The notes below the pieces were generated by a model. That model was not told the origin of the DNA. It did not search any database and worked only from the letters and a program-made list of their open reading frames with translations. Position numbers and translations under genes: made by a program. Positions 1 to 10,072 of a stretch of DNA of 64,000 bases are shown one piece after another (position 1 is the first letter of the stretch; every line of letters starts with the position of its first letter). The stretch comes from Planctomycetota bacterium (lineage in GTDB: Bacteria; Planctomycetota; J058): NCBI GenBank assembly GCA_050186825.1, contig JBFWYD010000026.1, positions 2,677-66,676 on the forward strand. Direction: 5' to 3'.

Positions 1-73
1 GGATGGGCCCGCCCTCCCAGAGCCTGATGACGTAGGGCCAGAGGTCGTGGACCCAGACCGCGAGCTCGATCAC
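1..73 (-). CDS. 5' end of a CDS that runs off the left edge (N-terminus VIELAVWVHDLWPYVIRLWEGGPI...)
   Basis: GTG at 73..71 lies 7 nt after the TAG of the upstream minus-strand gene. All 23 visible codons after the start end in G/C, as in the confirmed genes. Confidence 0.45.
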   Translation of the reverse strand, partial: MIELAVWVHDLWPYVIRLWEGGPI

Positions 74-80
74 CGCGGAC

Positions 81-917
81 CTACCAGGTCTTCTTCAGGC
101 AGGCCTCGAGGGCCTCCTCCCACACGCCGGCCTCGGCACGCACGGCGGGCTTGACGCGCTTCACGTACTTGCGGAAGGCCTCGCCCAGCTCCTTCTCGAA
201 AACCTGCTTGGGGTTGCCCGCGGCGATCGCCTGGTTGCTCTTCTCCTCGTCGTCCATGAACACGTCCTCGAGGAAGGCCGTGGCCAGGCGGCGGGCGTGC
301 TTGAGGTCGGCGTCGGTTACGGGCTCGAGGGGCTCGTCGTCGGCCGCGGCGGCGCCGCCGCCCTTCTCCGCCGCCTGCTCGAGCTGCTGCTCCATGTCCT
401 GGAGCCGCGTCTCGAGGTCCTTGGTGTGGTCCGCGTGGCGGCGCTCGAGCTCGGCCACCTTGTCGGCCAGGGCCTGCTTCTCGCCCTCGAGCCCGCTCAG
501 CTCGGCCTCGAGCTCCTTGACCCGGGCCTGGGCCGCCTCGAGCTCCTCGCTCGAGGCCCCGCCCCCGCCCGAGGCCGCCGCGAGCTGCTCCTGGGCCACT
601 GCGAGCTCGTCCTTGGCCTTGCGCAGCTCGCTCTCGGCCTGGGCCGCGCGCTGCTCGGCCTCGGCCTTGGCCTCGAGGGCCACCGCCTCGGCCTCGAGCG
701 CCGCGGCCGCGGCCTCGGCCTCGAGCGCGTCGCCGCCGCCGGCCGCCATGTTCGCCAGCTCGTCATGGAGCTGGGCGGTCCGCTCGCGCACCGCGCGCTC
801 GACCAGCTGGCCCAGCTCCTCGAGGTCGAGGACCGTCACCGCCTCCACGGACTTGTTCTGCACGTCGGCGAGGGTGTACTGGGTCTTGGCCTTGGCGATC
901 AACTGCTCGGCGTTCAC
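81..917 (-). CDS. coiled-coil protein, Ala/Glu/Leu-rich, function unknown
   Basis: C-terminal 278 codons of ORF 81..1922. GTG at 917 is preceded by GGAGG (921-925). Heptad-like AEAEQRAAQAESELRKAKDELAVAQEQL segments. The upstream part of the ORF is antisense to lipA. Confidence 0.7.
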   Translation of the reverse strand: MNAEQLIAKAKTQYTLADVQNKSVEAVTVLDLEELGQLVERAVRERTAQLHDELANMAAGGGDALEAEAAAAALEAEAVALEAKAEAEQRAAQAESELRKAKDELAVAQEQLAAASGGGGASSEELEAAQARVKELEAELSGLEGEKQALADKVAELERRHADHTKDLETRLQDMEQQLEQAAEKGGGAAAADDEPLEPVTDADLKHARRLATAFLEDVFMDDEEKSNQAIAAGNPKQVFEKELGEAFRKYVKRVKPAVRAEAGVWEEALEACLKKTW

Positions 918-1007
918 CTGGGACCTCCGTGAAGGGCGGCAGGTTACCACCGCCGGGCGAAAACTCGCGCGCGGCCCGGGCGGCCCCCGGGGATAGGATC
1001 GGCCCCC

Positions 1008-1946
1008 GTGAGCGACACCCCCGAGCTCGTCCAGCTCCAGCCCCGCCGGCGCCTGCCTCCCTGGATCCGCACCCGCCCCCCGGGCGGCGGCGAGTACACG
1101 AGGCTCAAGGAGCTCCTGCGGCGCAAGAAGCTCGCGACCGTGTGCGAGGAGGCGCGCTGCCCCAACGTGCACGAGTGCTGGGCCGACGGGACGGCCACGG
1201 TGATGCTCCTGGGCGAGATCTGCACCCGCGGCTGCCGGTTCTGCGCCGTGCGCACCATGCGCCGCCCGCCGGCCCCCGACCCCGACGAGCCCGCGCACCT
1301 GGCCGACGCCCTGAGCGAGCTGGGGCTGCGCTACGTGGTCCTGACCATGGTCGACCGCGACGACCTGCCCGATGGCGGCGCCGATCACGTGGCGCGGGCG
1401 GTCGAGGAGCTGGCGCGGCGCGTGCCGGAGCTGCTCGTGGAGACCCTGGTCTCCGACTTCCGCGGCGACCGCGACGCGATCGCGCGGGTGGTCGCCGCCC
1501 GCCCCGCGGTCTTCGCCCACAACCTCGAGACCGTCGAGGCGCTGACCCCGAGCGTGCGCGACCCGCGCTGCGGCTACGCCCAGAGCCTGGAGGTCCTGCG
1601 CCTGGCCAAGGAGCTCGCCCCCGAGCGCCTGACCAAGAGCTCGCTGATGCTCGGGCTGGGCGAGACCGAGGCGCAGCTCGAGGCCTCCTTCCGCGACCTG
1701 CGCGGGGTCGGCGTGGACGTGCTGACCCTCGGGCAGTACCTGCGGCCCACCCAGAAGCACCTCCCCGTGGTCGAGTTCATCACGCCCGAGCGCTTCGAGG
1801 CCCTGGCCGAGCGCGCCCGCGCGCAGGGCTTCGAGTACGTGGCCGCCGGCCCGCTGGTGCGCAGCAGCTACCGCGCCGCCGAGCTCTACCTGCACAAGCG
1901 CCTGACCCAGGCCAGGGGCCACCAGGCGGAGGGGCAGCCCTCGTGA
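1008..1946 (+). CDS. lipA: lipoyl synthase
   Basis: CPNVHECW and CTRGCRFCAV radical-SAM/auxiliary cluster motifs; full-length LipA-like 312 aa. Confidence 0.95.
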   Translation: MSDTPELVQLQPRRRLPPWIRTRPPGGGEYTRLKELLRRKKLATVCEEARCPNVHECWADGTATVMLLGEICTRGCRFCAVRTMRRPPAPDPDEPAHLADALSELGLRYVVLTMVDRDDLPDGGADHVARAVEELARRVPELLVETLVSDFRGDRDAIARVVAARPAVFAHNLETVEALTPSVRDPRCGYAQSLEVLRLAKELAPERLTKSSLMLGLGETEAQLEASFRDLRGVGVDVLTLGQYLRPTQKHLPVVEFITPERFEALAERARAQGFEYVAAGPLVRSSYRAAELYLHKRLTQARGHQAEGQPS

Positions 1947-2509
1947 GCCTCGGCCGCCGCGTCCTGATCCCGACCCTGACCGCCCTCGCGCTGAGCCTGG
2001 GCTGCGCCGCCCAGCCCAGAGAGCCCCTCGCCCAGGACCCGCCTCAGGAGGCGCCGGCCAAGCCCGCCAAGACCGGGCCCGTCGCGAGCAAGCGCACGCG
2101 CGCGATCGCGCTCCGGCTGCGGCCCGGGCAGGACCTGCTCAGGGAGCTCCAGGCCGCGGTCGAGCGCGAGAGGCTCGAGGCCGCCGCCGTCGTGACCTGC
2201 GTGGGCAGCCTGACCAAGGTCACCCTGCGCTACGCCAACCAGCCCAAGGGCACGCTGATCGAGGGGCACCACCTCGAGATCGTGTCGCTGGTCGGCACGC
2301 TCTCGACCCACGGCACGCACCTGCACCTCTCGGTCAGCGACGAGCGCGGGAACACCCTCGGCGGGCACCTGCTCGAGGGCAGCTCGGTCTACACCACGGC
2401 CGAGATCGTGCTGCTGGCCTGCGACGACCTGCGCTTCGTGCGCGAGCTCGACCCGGTCTCGACCTACGAGGAGCTGGCGATCGAGCCGGTCTCGCCCGAG
2501 GCCCGGTAG
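1943..2509 (+). CDS. PPC/DUF296-domain protein with lipoprotein-type signal
   Basis: GTG overlaps the lipA stop (GTGA at 1943-1946). N-terminal LTALALSLGC lipobox. GSLTKVTLRY...EIVSLVGTL...HLHLSVSD...GGHL pattern typical of PPC (DUF296) domains. Confidence 0.75.
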   Translation: MSLGRRVLIPTLTALALSLGCAAQPREPLAQDPPQEAPAKPAKTGPVASKRTRAIALRLRPGQDLLRELQAAVERERLEAAAVVTCVGSLTKVTLRYANQPKGTLIEGHHLEIVSLVGTLSTHGTHLHLSVSDERGNTLGGHLLEGSSVYTTAEIVLLACDDLRFVRELDPVSTYEELAIEPVSPEAR

Positions 2510-3258
2510 GCCGCGACGACCTCGGCCGCGGGGCCCAGGGCCATGGCGCGCCCGTGGTCCAGCCACAGGGCGCGCTCGCAGCTGGCGAGCACCTCCTCGT
2601 GCGCGTGTGAGGCGAGCACCAGCGCGGTGCCGCCCGCGCGCAGCGCCGCGATCCGGGCCCGGCACTTGGCCTGGAAGGCGGCGTCTCCGACCGCGAGCAC
2701 CTCGTCCACGACCAGCAGGCGCGGGTCGGTGTGCGCGGCCACCGCGAAGCCGAGGCGGATCGTCATCCCGGCCGAGTAGCTGCGCACCGGCGCGTCGAGG
2801 AAGTCGTCGAGCTCGGCGAAGGCGAAGATCTCCCCGGCGCGGGCCGCGAACTCGCGCTCGCCGAGCCCGGCCACCAGCGCGGCCACGCGCGCGTTCTCGT
2901 AGCCGCTCAGGTCGGGGTGGAAGCCCGCCCCCAGCTCGAGCAGCAGCGCGCGCCGGCCGCGCACCGTGACCTTGCCGCGGTCGGGGCGGTAGATCCCCGC
3001 GATCAGGCGCAGCAGCGTGGTCTTGCCGGCGCCGTTCCGGCCGACGAGCCCCAGGGCCTCGCCGGGGCCGAGGCTGAGGTCCACGCCGCGCAGCGCCTCG
3101 ACCGTGACCAGCGGCGGGCGCGGACGGAGCAGGAGCGCCTCGAGCAGCGCGCTCTTGAGCGTCAGCGCGCCGCGGGCGTAGGGCCGGTAGCGGAAGGTCT
3201 TCTCCGCGCCCTCGACCCGCAGGACGGGCTCGGCGGCTGCCTCGCCCCCCGCGCTCAC
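2464..3258 (-). CDS. ABC transporter ATP-binding protein, polysaccharide-export (Wzt/TagH-like), short form
   Basis: Walker A GRNGAGKTT, signature YSAGM, Walker B LLVVDEV. GTG at 3258 overlaps the stop of the permease gene (GTGA). Confidence 0.85.
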   Translation of the reverse strand: MSAGGEAAAEPVLRVEGAEKTFRYRPYARGALTLKSALLEALLLRPRPPLVTVEALRGVDLSLGPGEALGLVGRNGAGKTTLLRLIAGIYRPDRGKVTVRGRRALLLELGAGFHPDLSGYENARVAALVAGLGEREFAARAGEIFAFAELDDFLDAPVRSYSAGMTIRLGFAVAAHTDPRLLVVDEVLAVGDAAFQAKCRARIAALRAGGTALVLASHAHEEVLASCERALWLDHGRAMALGPAAEVVAAYRASGETGSIASSS

Positions 3259-4031
3259 AGCTCCTCCGGGATCCGGTCGCGGAGCGCGTCGAGCACGCGC
3301 TCGCCCACGACCAGGGCGGCCGCGGCGGCGGCCGCCACCACCGCCAGCCCGCGCGGGTCGGGCGCCTGGCCGTGGTAGAGGACCGCCTGGTAGGCCTGCG
3401 CCAGATGGGCCAGCGGGTTGAGCGTGAGCAGGATGGCGTAGCGCTCGGGCACCAGGCTGGCCGGGTAGACGATCGGGGTCAGGAAGAAGAGCAGCGGCGT
3501 GACCGCGGCCACGAGCTGGATCGTGTCCCGGTAGCGCACCGAGAGCGCGGCCAGCCCGAGCCCGAGCCCCAGCCCGAGCCCGAGCTGGAGCAGCATCAGG
3601 AGCGGCAGCAGCGCGGCCCAGGGCGTGGGCGGCGCGCCCTGCCACCAGAGCACGCCGAGCAGCACCGGCACCCCGAGCGCGAAGTCCACGAGCCCGGCCA
3701 GGTTCGCCACCAGGGGCGAGATCGTGGGCGAGAAGGCGGCCTGCCGGACCCAGGGCGCGTCCGCCAAGATCGAGGTGCTCGAGACCGCGAGCGTCTTGGC
3801 GAACCACCACCAGGGCAGGAGCCCGACGAACAGGAAGGCCGCGTAGCGGGGAACCTCGACCCGCACGAACACGCCGAACACCAGCCCGTAGACCACGAGC
3901 AACAGCAGCGGGTGCAGGAAGGTCCACAGGAAGCCCAGGGCCGTGCCGCGGTAGCGCGCGATCAGGGCCCGCTGGGTGAGCACCCACACCAGGTGGCGCC
4001 GCTCGAGGTACTCCCGCGCGAGCTGATGCAT
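3255..4031 (-). CDS. ABC-2 type transporter permease (Wzm/TagG-like)
   Basis: 258 aa with six hydrophobic segments. N-terminal ...LTQRALIARYRGTALGFLWTFLHPLL... is typical of the ABC-2 family. Confidence 0.85.
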   Translation of the reverse strand: MHQLAREYLERRHLVWVLTQRALIARYRGTALGFLWTFLHPLLLLVVYGLVFGVFVRVEVPRYAAFLFVGLLPWWWFAKTLAVSSTSILADAPWVRQAAFSPTISPLVANLAGLVDFALGVPVLLGVLWWQGAPPTPWAALLPLLMLLQLGLGLGLGLGLAALSVRYRDTIQLVAAVTPLLFFLTPIVYPASLVPERYAILLTLNPLAHLAQAYQAVLYHGQAPDPRGLAVVAAAAAAALVVGERVLDALRDRIPEEL

Positions 4032-4241
4032 GGCCCGGATCCTAGACGGGACGCGGTCGGCCCAGGGCTCGGCGGCGCCTCGATCGAGTCCTCGTCGCCT
4101 CGCACCTGCGGGCCGCGCGCGCCGCGGTCACGAGGCCCACCCCGACTCCCCCGGCGCCGACGCCGGGCCCTCCCCCTCGGCCGGGGGAGGGCCGCTCGGA
4201 GGCGAGCGACCCGTCGCGGGCGGGGCCTATACTCGCGGGCG

Positions 4242-6623
4242 ATGAGCGGCGAGGCGCGGGGCAGGGACTGGCGACGGCGGCTCGGCCTCTTCGCATTCGC
4301 TTGCGCGCTGACGCTGAAGAACGCCTTCCTCCCCGTGATCGGCGGAGACGCCAGCCTGGACGTCTCGTGGCAGATGGCCCTCGCAGAGCTCTTCAAGCGC
4401 GGCGCCCAGGCCGGCAGCGACTACGTGTTCACCTACGGGCCCTTGGGCTTCCTCCACGGCATCACCTACGACCCTCGGCTGTTCCCGGCCCAGGTCACCT
4501 GGGGGGTCGGCTGGGCGGCCTGCGCCTCGCTGCTCCTGACCCTGGCCTCGCTCCGCATCGAGGGGCGGCGACGCCAGCTCCTGTTCGCGGCGATCGCCCT
4601 GTTGGCCCCGCCGGCAGCGGATGGTCTGATCCCCCTGGCCCTCCTGGCCGGGACCCTCCTGCTGACCGAGGCCGGCCCCCCTGCTCGCCTGGGCGGGGCC
4701 GCCTATCTGCTCGTGCTGTCGCTCCTCGCCCTCATCAAGTTCACCTTCCTCGTGGCCGCCGGCCTCTCCGCCACGGCGCTGCTCGTGCACGTCGCCGCGC
4801 GCGCGGGCCTGCGCGAGGCCCTGCTCTGGCTCGCGTGGGCCATCCTGGCCTACTTCGGCGGCTGGCTCGCCTGCGGCCAGTCCCTCGCGTCCTGGCCCGC
4901 CTACCTGGGCTGGTCGCTGGAGGTGGCCGCGGGCTACAGCGAGGGCATGGCGTCCCGCGGGTCACCCTTCTGCGCCGGCTGCGGCGCGCTCGCGGTGGCC
5001 GCGCTGAGCGGCGGCCTGCTGGCCCGGACCCTCCGCCGCCAGGCGCCCCTGCGCGAGTGGATCGCCGCCGTCACCTGCGCTGGGCTCACGGCGATCGTGT
5101 GGAAGCACGGCTTCGTGCGCCAGGACGATCACGTGATCGGCACGCTCACCTTCCTCTCCCTCGCGCCGCTCCTCCTCTGGCGGGAGCTGGGGGGGCTCAC
5201 GCGGGCGCGCCGGCGCCTCCTGGCCGCGTGCGTCGGGACGGCCGTCGCCGCGGGCCTCATCGGGCAGCACGTCTACCACTCCTCCCGCTACGAGCGGCCC
5301 GCCTCCTCCTGGCCTGCGGTCACCGCGGCGGAGGCCGCGAGGATGGCTGGCTGGCTGCTCGACCTGCCCGGCTTCCGCGCCAGCCGCGAGGCGGAGCGGG
5401 CCCAGGCTACACAGGCGCTCGACCTGCCCCGGGTGCGCGCCGCGGTGGGCGAGGGGGCGATCGATGCGCTGAGCGTCGAGCAGGGGCGCCTGCTCCTCCT
5501 CGGTCTCCGCTACCGAAACCGACCCGTCCTCCAGGGCTACTCGGCCTACACCCCCGGCCTGGCCCGCCTGAACGCCGACTTCCTCGCCGGGCGGGACGCC
5601 CCCGACTACCTGCTGCTCGACGGGGTCGCGATCGACGGACACCTGCAGACCCAGGATGACGGCCCGGCGCTCGTCGAGGCCCTGCGCCGCTACGAGCTGG
5701 TCCTGGTCGAGCGGGGTTACCCGCTCCTGCGGCGTCGCAGCGGTTGCCCGCCCGCGCAACGCCTCCTGCTCGAGCGGTCGGTGGCGCTGGATGAGGAGCT
5801 GGACCTGAGCGGGCTCGGGCCCGGCGCGAAGGTCCTGGTCGTGGACCTGCGCCCCAGCCTCCTGGGGAGGCTGCGCCGCGTGCTCTGGCGCGCCACGGAG
5901 GTGGAGCTGAAGGTGACCTGCAGCAGCGGAGAGGTCTTCAACCAGCGGATCGTGCCGGGCGCGGCCAGGGCCGGCTTCCTGATCGACCCCCTCCCGCGCT
6001 CCCGGCGCGACCTGGCGCTGCTGTGCGCGGGGGAGCAGATCTCCCGGGTCCGCTCGGTCCAGGTCTACCTGCCCCGGCGTCGGATCTACTACCACCCCCA
6101 GGTGGCCGTCCAGGTCTGGTCTCTCCCGCTGCCCGACTCGCCGCGACTCACCCCCAGCCTGAGCTGGGACCTCGGGCTCGGCGAGCAGCTCGGGCTCCCC
6201 CTCAGGGACCTGCGAGCGGGGCTGATCCCCTTCCAGGAGGATGGCCTCGGAGCCGCGGTCCTGGCCCACGCCCCCGAGCAGGCCGTGGTCGAGCTCCCCG
6301 AGCGCGCCGCGCGCCTGGAGGGGCGGTTCGGGCTCCGCCCCGGGAGCTACACCGGGGGCGGCGCGACCGACGGCGTCACCTTCCGAGTGGAGTCCCTCGC
6401 CGGCGAGGTCCTGTGGGAGCGGCGGCTCGAGCCGCTGCGCCGCCCCGCCGATCGCGGGCCGCAGACCTTCGGGCTCGACCTGCCCGCGGGGTGCGAAGGG
6501 CGGCTCCGGCTCCGCACCTTGCCCGGGCCGAACGACCGCTGGGACTGGAGCTATTGGGCCGGGATGCGAGCTCTCGACGCGGCAGGCGTGCCGCTCGTGC
6601 CGGAGGGTCAGCCGCCCAGGTAG
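4242..6623 (+). CDS. large polytopic membrane protein with about 400-aa soluble C-terminal domain, function unknown
   Basis: ATG at 4242 in ORF 3372..6623. Multiple hydrophobic helices in the first about 380 aa, then a non-hydrophobic domain. High GC3. Confidence 0.8.
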   Translation: MSGEARGRDWRRRLGLFAFACALTLKNAFLPVIGGDASLDVSWQMALAELFKRGAQAGSDYVFTYGPLGFLHGITYDPRLFPAQVTWGVGWAACASLLLTLASLRIEGRRRQLLFAAIALLAPPAADGLIPLALLAGTLLLTEAGPPARLGGAAYLLVLSLLALIKFTFLVAAGLSATALLVHVAARAGLREALLWLAWAILAYFGGWLACGQSLASWPAYLGWSLEVAAGYSEGMASRGSPFCAGCGALAVAALSGGLLARTLRRQAPLREWIAAVTCAGLTAIVWKHGFVRQDDHVIGTLTFLSLAPLLLWRELGGLTRARRRLLAACVGTAVAAGLIGQHVYHSSRYERPASSWPAVTAAEAARMAGWLLDLPGFRASREAERAQATQALDLPRVRAAVGEGAIDALSVEQGRLLLLGLRYRNRPVLQGYSAYTPGLARLNADFLAGRDAPDYLLLDGVAIDGHLQTQDDGPALVEALRRYELVLVERGYPLLRRRSGCPPAQRLLLERSVALDEELDLSGLGPGAKVLVVDLRPSLLGRLRRVLWRATEVELKVTCSSGEVFNQRIVPGAARAGFLIDPLPRSRRDLALLCAGEQISRVRSVQVYLPRRRIYYHPQVAVQVWSLPLPDSPRLTPSLSWDLGLGEQLGLPLRDLRAGLIPFQEDGLGAAVLAHAPEQAVVELPERAARLEGRFGLRPGSYTGGGATDGVTFRVESLAGEVLWERRLEPLRRPADRGPQTFGLDLPAGCEGRLRLRTLPGPNDRWDWSYWAGMRALDAAGVPLVPEGQPPR

Positions 6624-8503
6624 GCCGGGGAGCGGAAGTGAGGGCTGGCGTAGGGGTCGCTGGCGATCTGCGCCGGATAGCGGCTGCGCAGGAGCGCCTC
6701 GGCCGCGGCGTCGCGCGCGCGCCCGCGCGTGGCGCCCTCGCGATGCAGGAGGGTCGCGAAGGGCGTGTAGACGCAGCGCAGGCCGCGCTCGCCCAGGCGC
6801 AGGCAGAGGTCCACGTCGCCGTAGTCGTTGGGCAGGCCCTGCTCGTCGAGCCCGCCTAGCGCCTGGTAGACCTCGCGGCGGATCAGCAGGCAGGCCCCGG
6901 TGACCGCGCTGTAGTTGCAGAGCAGCGACGTGCGCCGTCCTGGGGCGAGCACCTTGGCGGGGCGGCCAAGGAAGGCGTGGCCGGCCACGCCGCGCAGCCC
7001 GAGGACCACCCCGGCGTGCTGGAGGGTCCCGTCGGGGTAGACCAGCCGCGGTCCCACCGCGCCCACGCCCGGAAGCGCGAGCGCCTCGAGCATGGACTCG
7101 ACCCAGTCCGCGCTCCGGACCTCGACGTCGTTGTTGAGCAGGCAGAGGACCTCGGCCTCGGTGGCCGCGGCGGCGCGGTTGACCAACAGGGCGAAGTTGA
7201 AGGGCAGGTCGATGCGCAGCACGCGGGCCTGGCCGCGGGCCTCGAGCTGCTCGAGGTAGCGCAGGGTCTCGCGCCGCCGCGAGCCGTTGTCGACCACGAG
7301 CAGCTCGACGTGCGGGTAGGTGCTCCGCGAGCGCACGCTCTCCAGGCAGGGGCGGAGCAGGTCGAGGCGATCGCGGGTGGGCACGATGACCGCCACGCGC
7401 TCCGCCCCCAGCGCAGGCCGGACCCGGTAGCCGCCGGGGCAGGTCGGGACGTCCTCGACGCGGCCGCTGGGGATCCCCCACAGCGGGAGCGCGTCGCGCA
7501 GCGCGCGGCGGCCAGCCTCACGCGCCCAGGGCTTCTGGTCGGCGTCCAGCGCGGTGGACCCTTCGGCCTGGCGCCAGTGGTAGAGCAGGCGGGGGACGTG
7601 CGCGATGCGACGGGCGCGCGGGGCGGCGCGCAGCGCGAGGTCGTGGTCCTGGGCGCCATCGGTCTCGGGGCGGAAGCCGCCCAGCTCCTCGACCAGGGCC
7701 CGGCGATACGCCACCAGGTGGCCGAGGTAGTGGGTCGAGAGCAGGTAGTGGGGCGACCAGTCGGGCTTGAAGAAGGGCTCGACCCGCCGGCCCGTCGGGT
7801 CGAGCTTGTCCTCGTCGCTGTAGATGACGTCGACCGCGGGGTCGCGCGCGGTCCAGGCGACCCAGGCCAGCGCCGAGGGGGCGAGCTCGTCGTCGTGGTC
7901 GAGGACGAGCACCCAATCGCCCCGCGCGAGGGCCAGCGCGGCGTTCAGGGCGCGAGAGATCCCCTCACCCGCGAGCCTCGCGTGGCGCGCGCCGGCCGTC
8001 GCGGCCTGCTCCAGCAGGCGAAGCACCCGCGGGTCGCTGCTGCCATCGTCGACCAGGCACAGCTCCCAGCGCAGGTAGCTCTGCGCATCGAGCGAGCCGA
8101 GCGCGGCGGCCAGCCAGCGGGGGTCGGGGTCGCGCACGGGCAGGAGCACGCTCACGAGGGGGCCATCGACGACCAGCTCGGGCGGCGGGGCGTCAGCCTC
8201 GGGGGGCGAGCGGAGGGATGGCGCCGCCACCACCTCGGCCAGCGCGCGCGCCAGCTCGACTGGACCCAGCTCGCCCAGCAGGCGGGCCAGGATGCGCAGG
8301 CGCGTGGTCGCGGGCTTGCCCGTCCCCCGCGCCAGCCGCAGCACGTTCCGGGCTCGCTGTTGGAGGCGCCACCAGCCCTGGAGCGCGCGCACTCCGCGGC
8401 TCCGGGTCAGCTCCTCGAGCAGCCCCTCGAGCTGTTGGTTACGGGCCAGCGCCGCCCAGAGCTGACGCTCGAGCGAGGCCTCCTCGGCGGACGGCGGCTC
8501 CAT
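6608..8503 (-). CDS. glycosyltransferase with two family-2 (GT-A) domains
   Basis: Two modules: VSVLLPVRDP...LVDDGSSD...DHDDEL and VAVIVPTRDR...VVDNGS...LLNNDVE. Confidence 0.85.
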   Translation of the reverse strand: MEPPSAEEASLERQLWAALARNQQLEGLLEELTRSRGVRALQGWWRLQQRARNVLRLARGTGKPATTRLRILARLLGELGPVELARALAEVVAAPSLRSPPEADAPPPELVVDGPLVSVLLPVRDPDPRWLAAALGSLDAQSYLRWELCLVDDGSSDPRVLRLLEQAATAGARHARLAGEGISRALNAALALARGDWVLVLDHDDELAPSALAWVAWTARDPAVDVIYSDEDKLDPTGRRVEPFFKPDWSPHYLLSTHYLGHLVAYRRALVEELGGFRPETDGAQDHDLALRAAPRARRIAHVPRLLYHWRQAEGSTALDADQKPWAREAGRRALRDALPLWGIPSGRVEDVPTCPGGYRVRPALGAERVAVIVPTRDRLDLLRPCLESVRSRSTYPHVELLVVDNGSRRRETLRYLEQLEARGQARVLRIDLPFNFALLVNRAAAATEAEVLCLLNNDVEVRSADWVESMLEALALPGVGAVGPRLVYPDGTLQHAGVVLGLRGVAGHAFLGRPAKVLAPGRRTSLLCNYSAVTGACLLIRREVYQALGGLDEQGLPNDYGDVDLCLRLGERGLRCVYTPFATLLHREGATRGRARDAAAEALLRSRYPAQIASDPYASPHFRSPAYLGG

Positions 8504-8586
8504 GCGCGCGGATGATCGGCGGGGGCCCCCGCCCAGTCAAACGCGGCGGGGCCGCCCCTGGCCGGCCGGGCCCTGGCCGCTGAGGC

Positions 8587-9390
8587 TCACTCGCCCTTGG
8601 TCAGGTCCGCGGCGACGGGGCCGAAGCCCGTGATCCGGTAGTTGCCGCTCCCGGGGTCGCGCTTCCCCTCGAGGATCCCCAGCTCGACGGCCTCGGCCAC
8701 GAGCTCCGAGAAGGTCGAGTAGCCGTGGTACTCCTCGTTGAAGGAGGGGTGCTTGCGCACCAGGGTCTGCTTGATCATCGAGGCCCACACCGTGTCGTGG
8801 GTCCGCATCAGGCCGCGCGTGGACTCGAGCAGCAGGAACAGGCCCTCGGCCTTGCGCTGCTCGATCGGCTTCCCAGCCCGCGACTTGACCTTGCCGCTGG
8901 TGACCAGCTTGGCCTTGGCGCGCTCGCGGGTGCCGCTCACGCCCTCGAGCTCGTCGTAGAACACGAACTCGTCGCAGGAGTCGATCAGGAGCTTGCTCGA
9001 CGACTCGCGCACGCCGATCCCCACCACGTGCTTGTCGTGGCTGCGCAGCGCGCCCACCAGCGGGGTGAAGTCGCTGTCGCCCGTGACCAGGCAGAAGGTG
9101 TCTATGTGCTCGCGGCTGATCACGAGGTCCATGGCGTCGACGACCATCCGAATGTCGGCGCTGTTCTTGCCGGTCATGGAGCGACGCGGGATCTCGAGCA
9201 GGTCGAAGCCCAGCTCGTGGAGCTTCACCTTGTACTTGTCGTGGCGCGACCAGTCGGCGTAGGCGCGCTTGTAGACGATCTTGCCCACCTCGAGGGCGCG
9301 GTCGAGGACCGCCTTGGGCTGGAACTTGGTCTTCACGGGGAGGCCCAGGACGATGTTGTCGAAGTCCAACATCAGGGCGATCCGCCGCAC
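8587..9390 (-). CDS. NYN (LabA/DUF88-like) nuclease domain protein with C-terminal OST-HTH/LOTUS domain
   Basis: RIALMLDFDNI...YADW...GKNSADIRMVVDAMD...LVTGDSDFTPLV NYN pattern. C-terminal ...WASMIKQTLVRKHPSFNEEYHGYSTFSELV... is LOTUS-like. Start ambiguous: GTG 9390 or ATG 9372. Confidence 0.8.
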   Translation of the reverse strand: MRRIALMLDFDNIVLGLPVKTKFQPKAVLDRALEVGKIVYKRAYADWSRHDKYKVKLHELGFDLLEIPRRSMTGKNSADIRMVVDAMDLVISREHIDTFCLVTGDSDFTPLVGALRSHDKHVVGIGVRESSSKLLIDSCDEFVFYDELEGVSGTRERAKAKLVTSGKVKSRAGKPIEQRKAEGLFLLLESTRGLMRTHDTVWASMIKQTLVRKHPSFNEEYHGYSTFSELVAEAVELGILEGKRDPGSGNYRITGFGPVAADLTKGE

Positions 9391-9554
9391 TCGGTGCTCG
9401 GTCAATCTGCTTCTCGGTCTCACGGCCTGAGTCGACGTGGAACGGTCGGCCCGGGGCTCAGGCCGTCCCCCGGCGCCGGTCTGCGGGCGCGTCGCGCGCC
9501 CGGCTCTGGTGCTGGCCACGAACCCCGCGCGGGGTCGGTTGGGCTCTCGCTCGA

Positions 9555-9848
9555 CTACTGGGCCAGCTTCTTCTCCAGCTCGGTCCGCCCGAGAGGGGTG
9601 AGCCACACCTCGAACTCCGCCGTGGACGACTCCTCCTTGAGGATGATCTTGGGCACGGTGTTCACGTAGCCGCGACCCTTGAGCTCGCAGAGGTTCTCGA
9701 ACAAGGGGTCGAGCGCCGACGGGGTCCCGATCTTCTCCATGGCCTTCGAGAGCGTGTCCAGCTTCACCTTGCGCCGGGGCGAGTTGAGCGGGAAGTGCTT
9801 CGTCGACAAGAGCTTCATCAGGGCGAGCTGGAGCGCGGGGTCCGACAT
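9555..9848 (-). CDS. small hypothetical protein (97 aa), possible winged-helix fold
   Basis: ATG preceded by GGAGGAG. C-terminal ...GRGYVNTV...FEVWLTPLGRTELEK resembles a wHTH wing. Confidence 0.65.
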   Translation of the reverse strand: MSDPALQLALMKLLSTKHFPLNSPRRKVKLDTLSKAMEKIGTPSALDPLFENLCELKGRGYVNTVPKIILKEESSTAEFEVWLTPLGRTELEKKLAQ

Positions 9849-10010
9849 GGCTCCTCCTGGAGGCCAAGTACTTATCGCGTCCGGGGCCCCGTCGCAAGGA
9901 TCCTGCGGACATGACGCGATGCGCCGTCTTTTGCCAAGTGCCCGAAGTCGCTCGGGTCCGGGCCCGGCCCAACGAGTTACACCCCCCCTGAGGGGCCGCC
10001 CGCCTGGGGT

Positions 10011-10039
10011 TTGACGGGGCTGGCCGCCGTGCGCATGAT
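10011..10039 (+). promoter_or_regulatory. possible sigma-70-type promoter for the 10073 gene
   Basis: TTGACG (10011-10016), 17-nt spacer, CATGAT (10034-10039), about 35 nt upstream of the ATG. Confidence 0.3.
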
Positions 10040-10072
10040 GCCTGGACTTCGCGAATTCGCAGGTTTTCCTCC

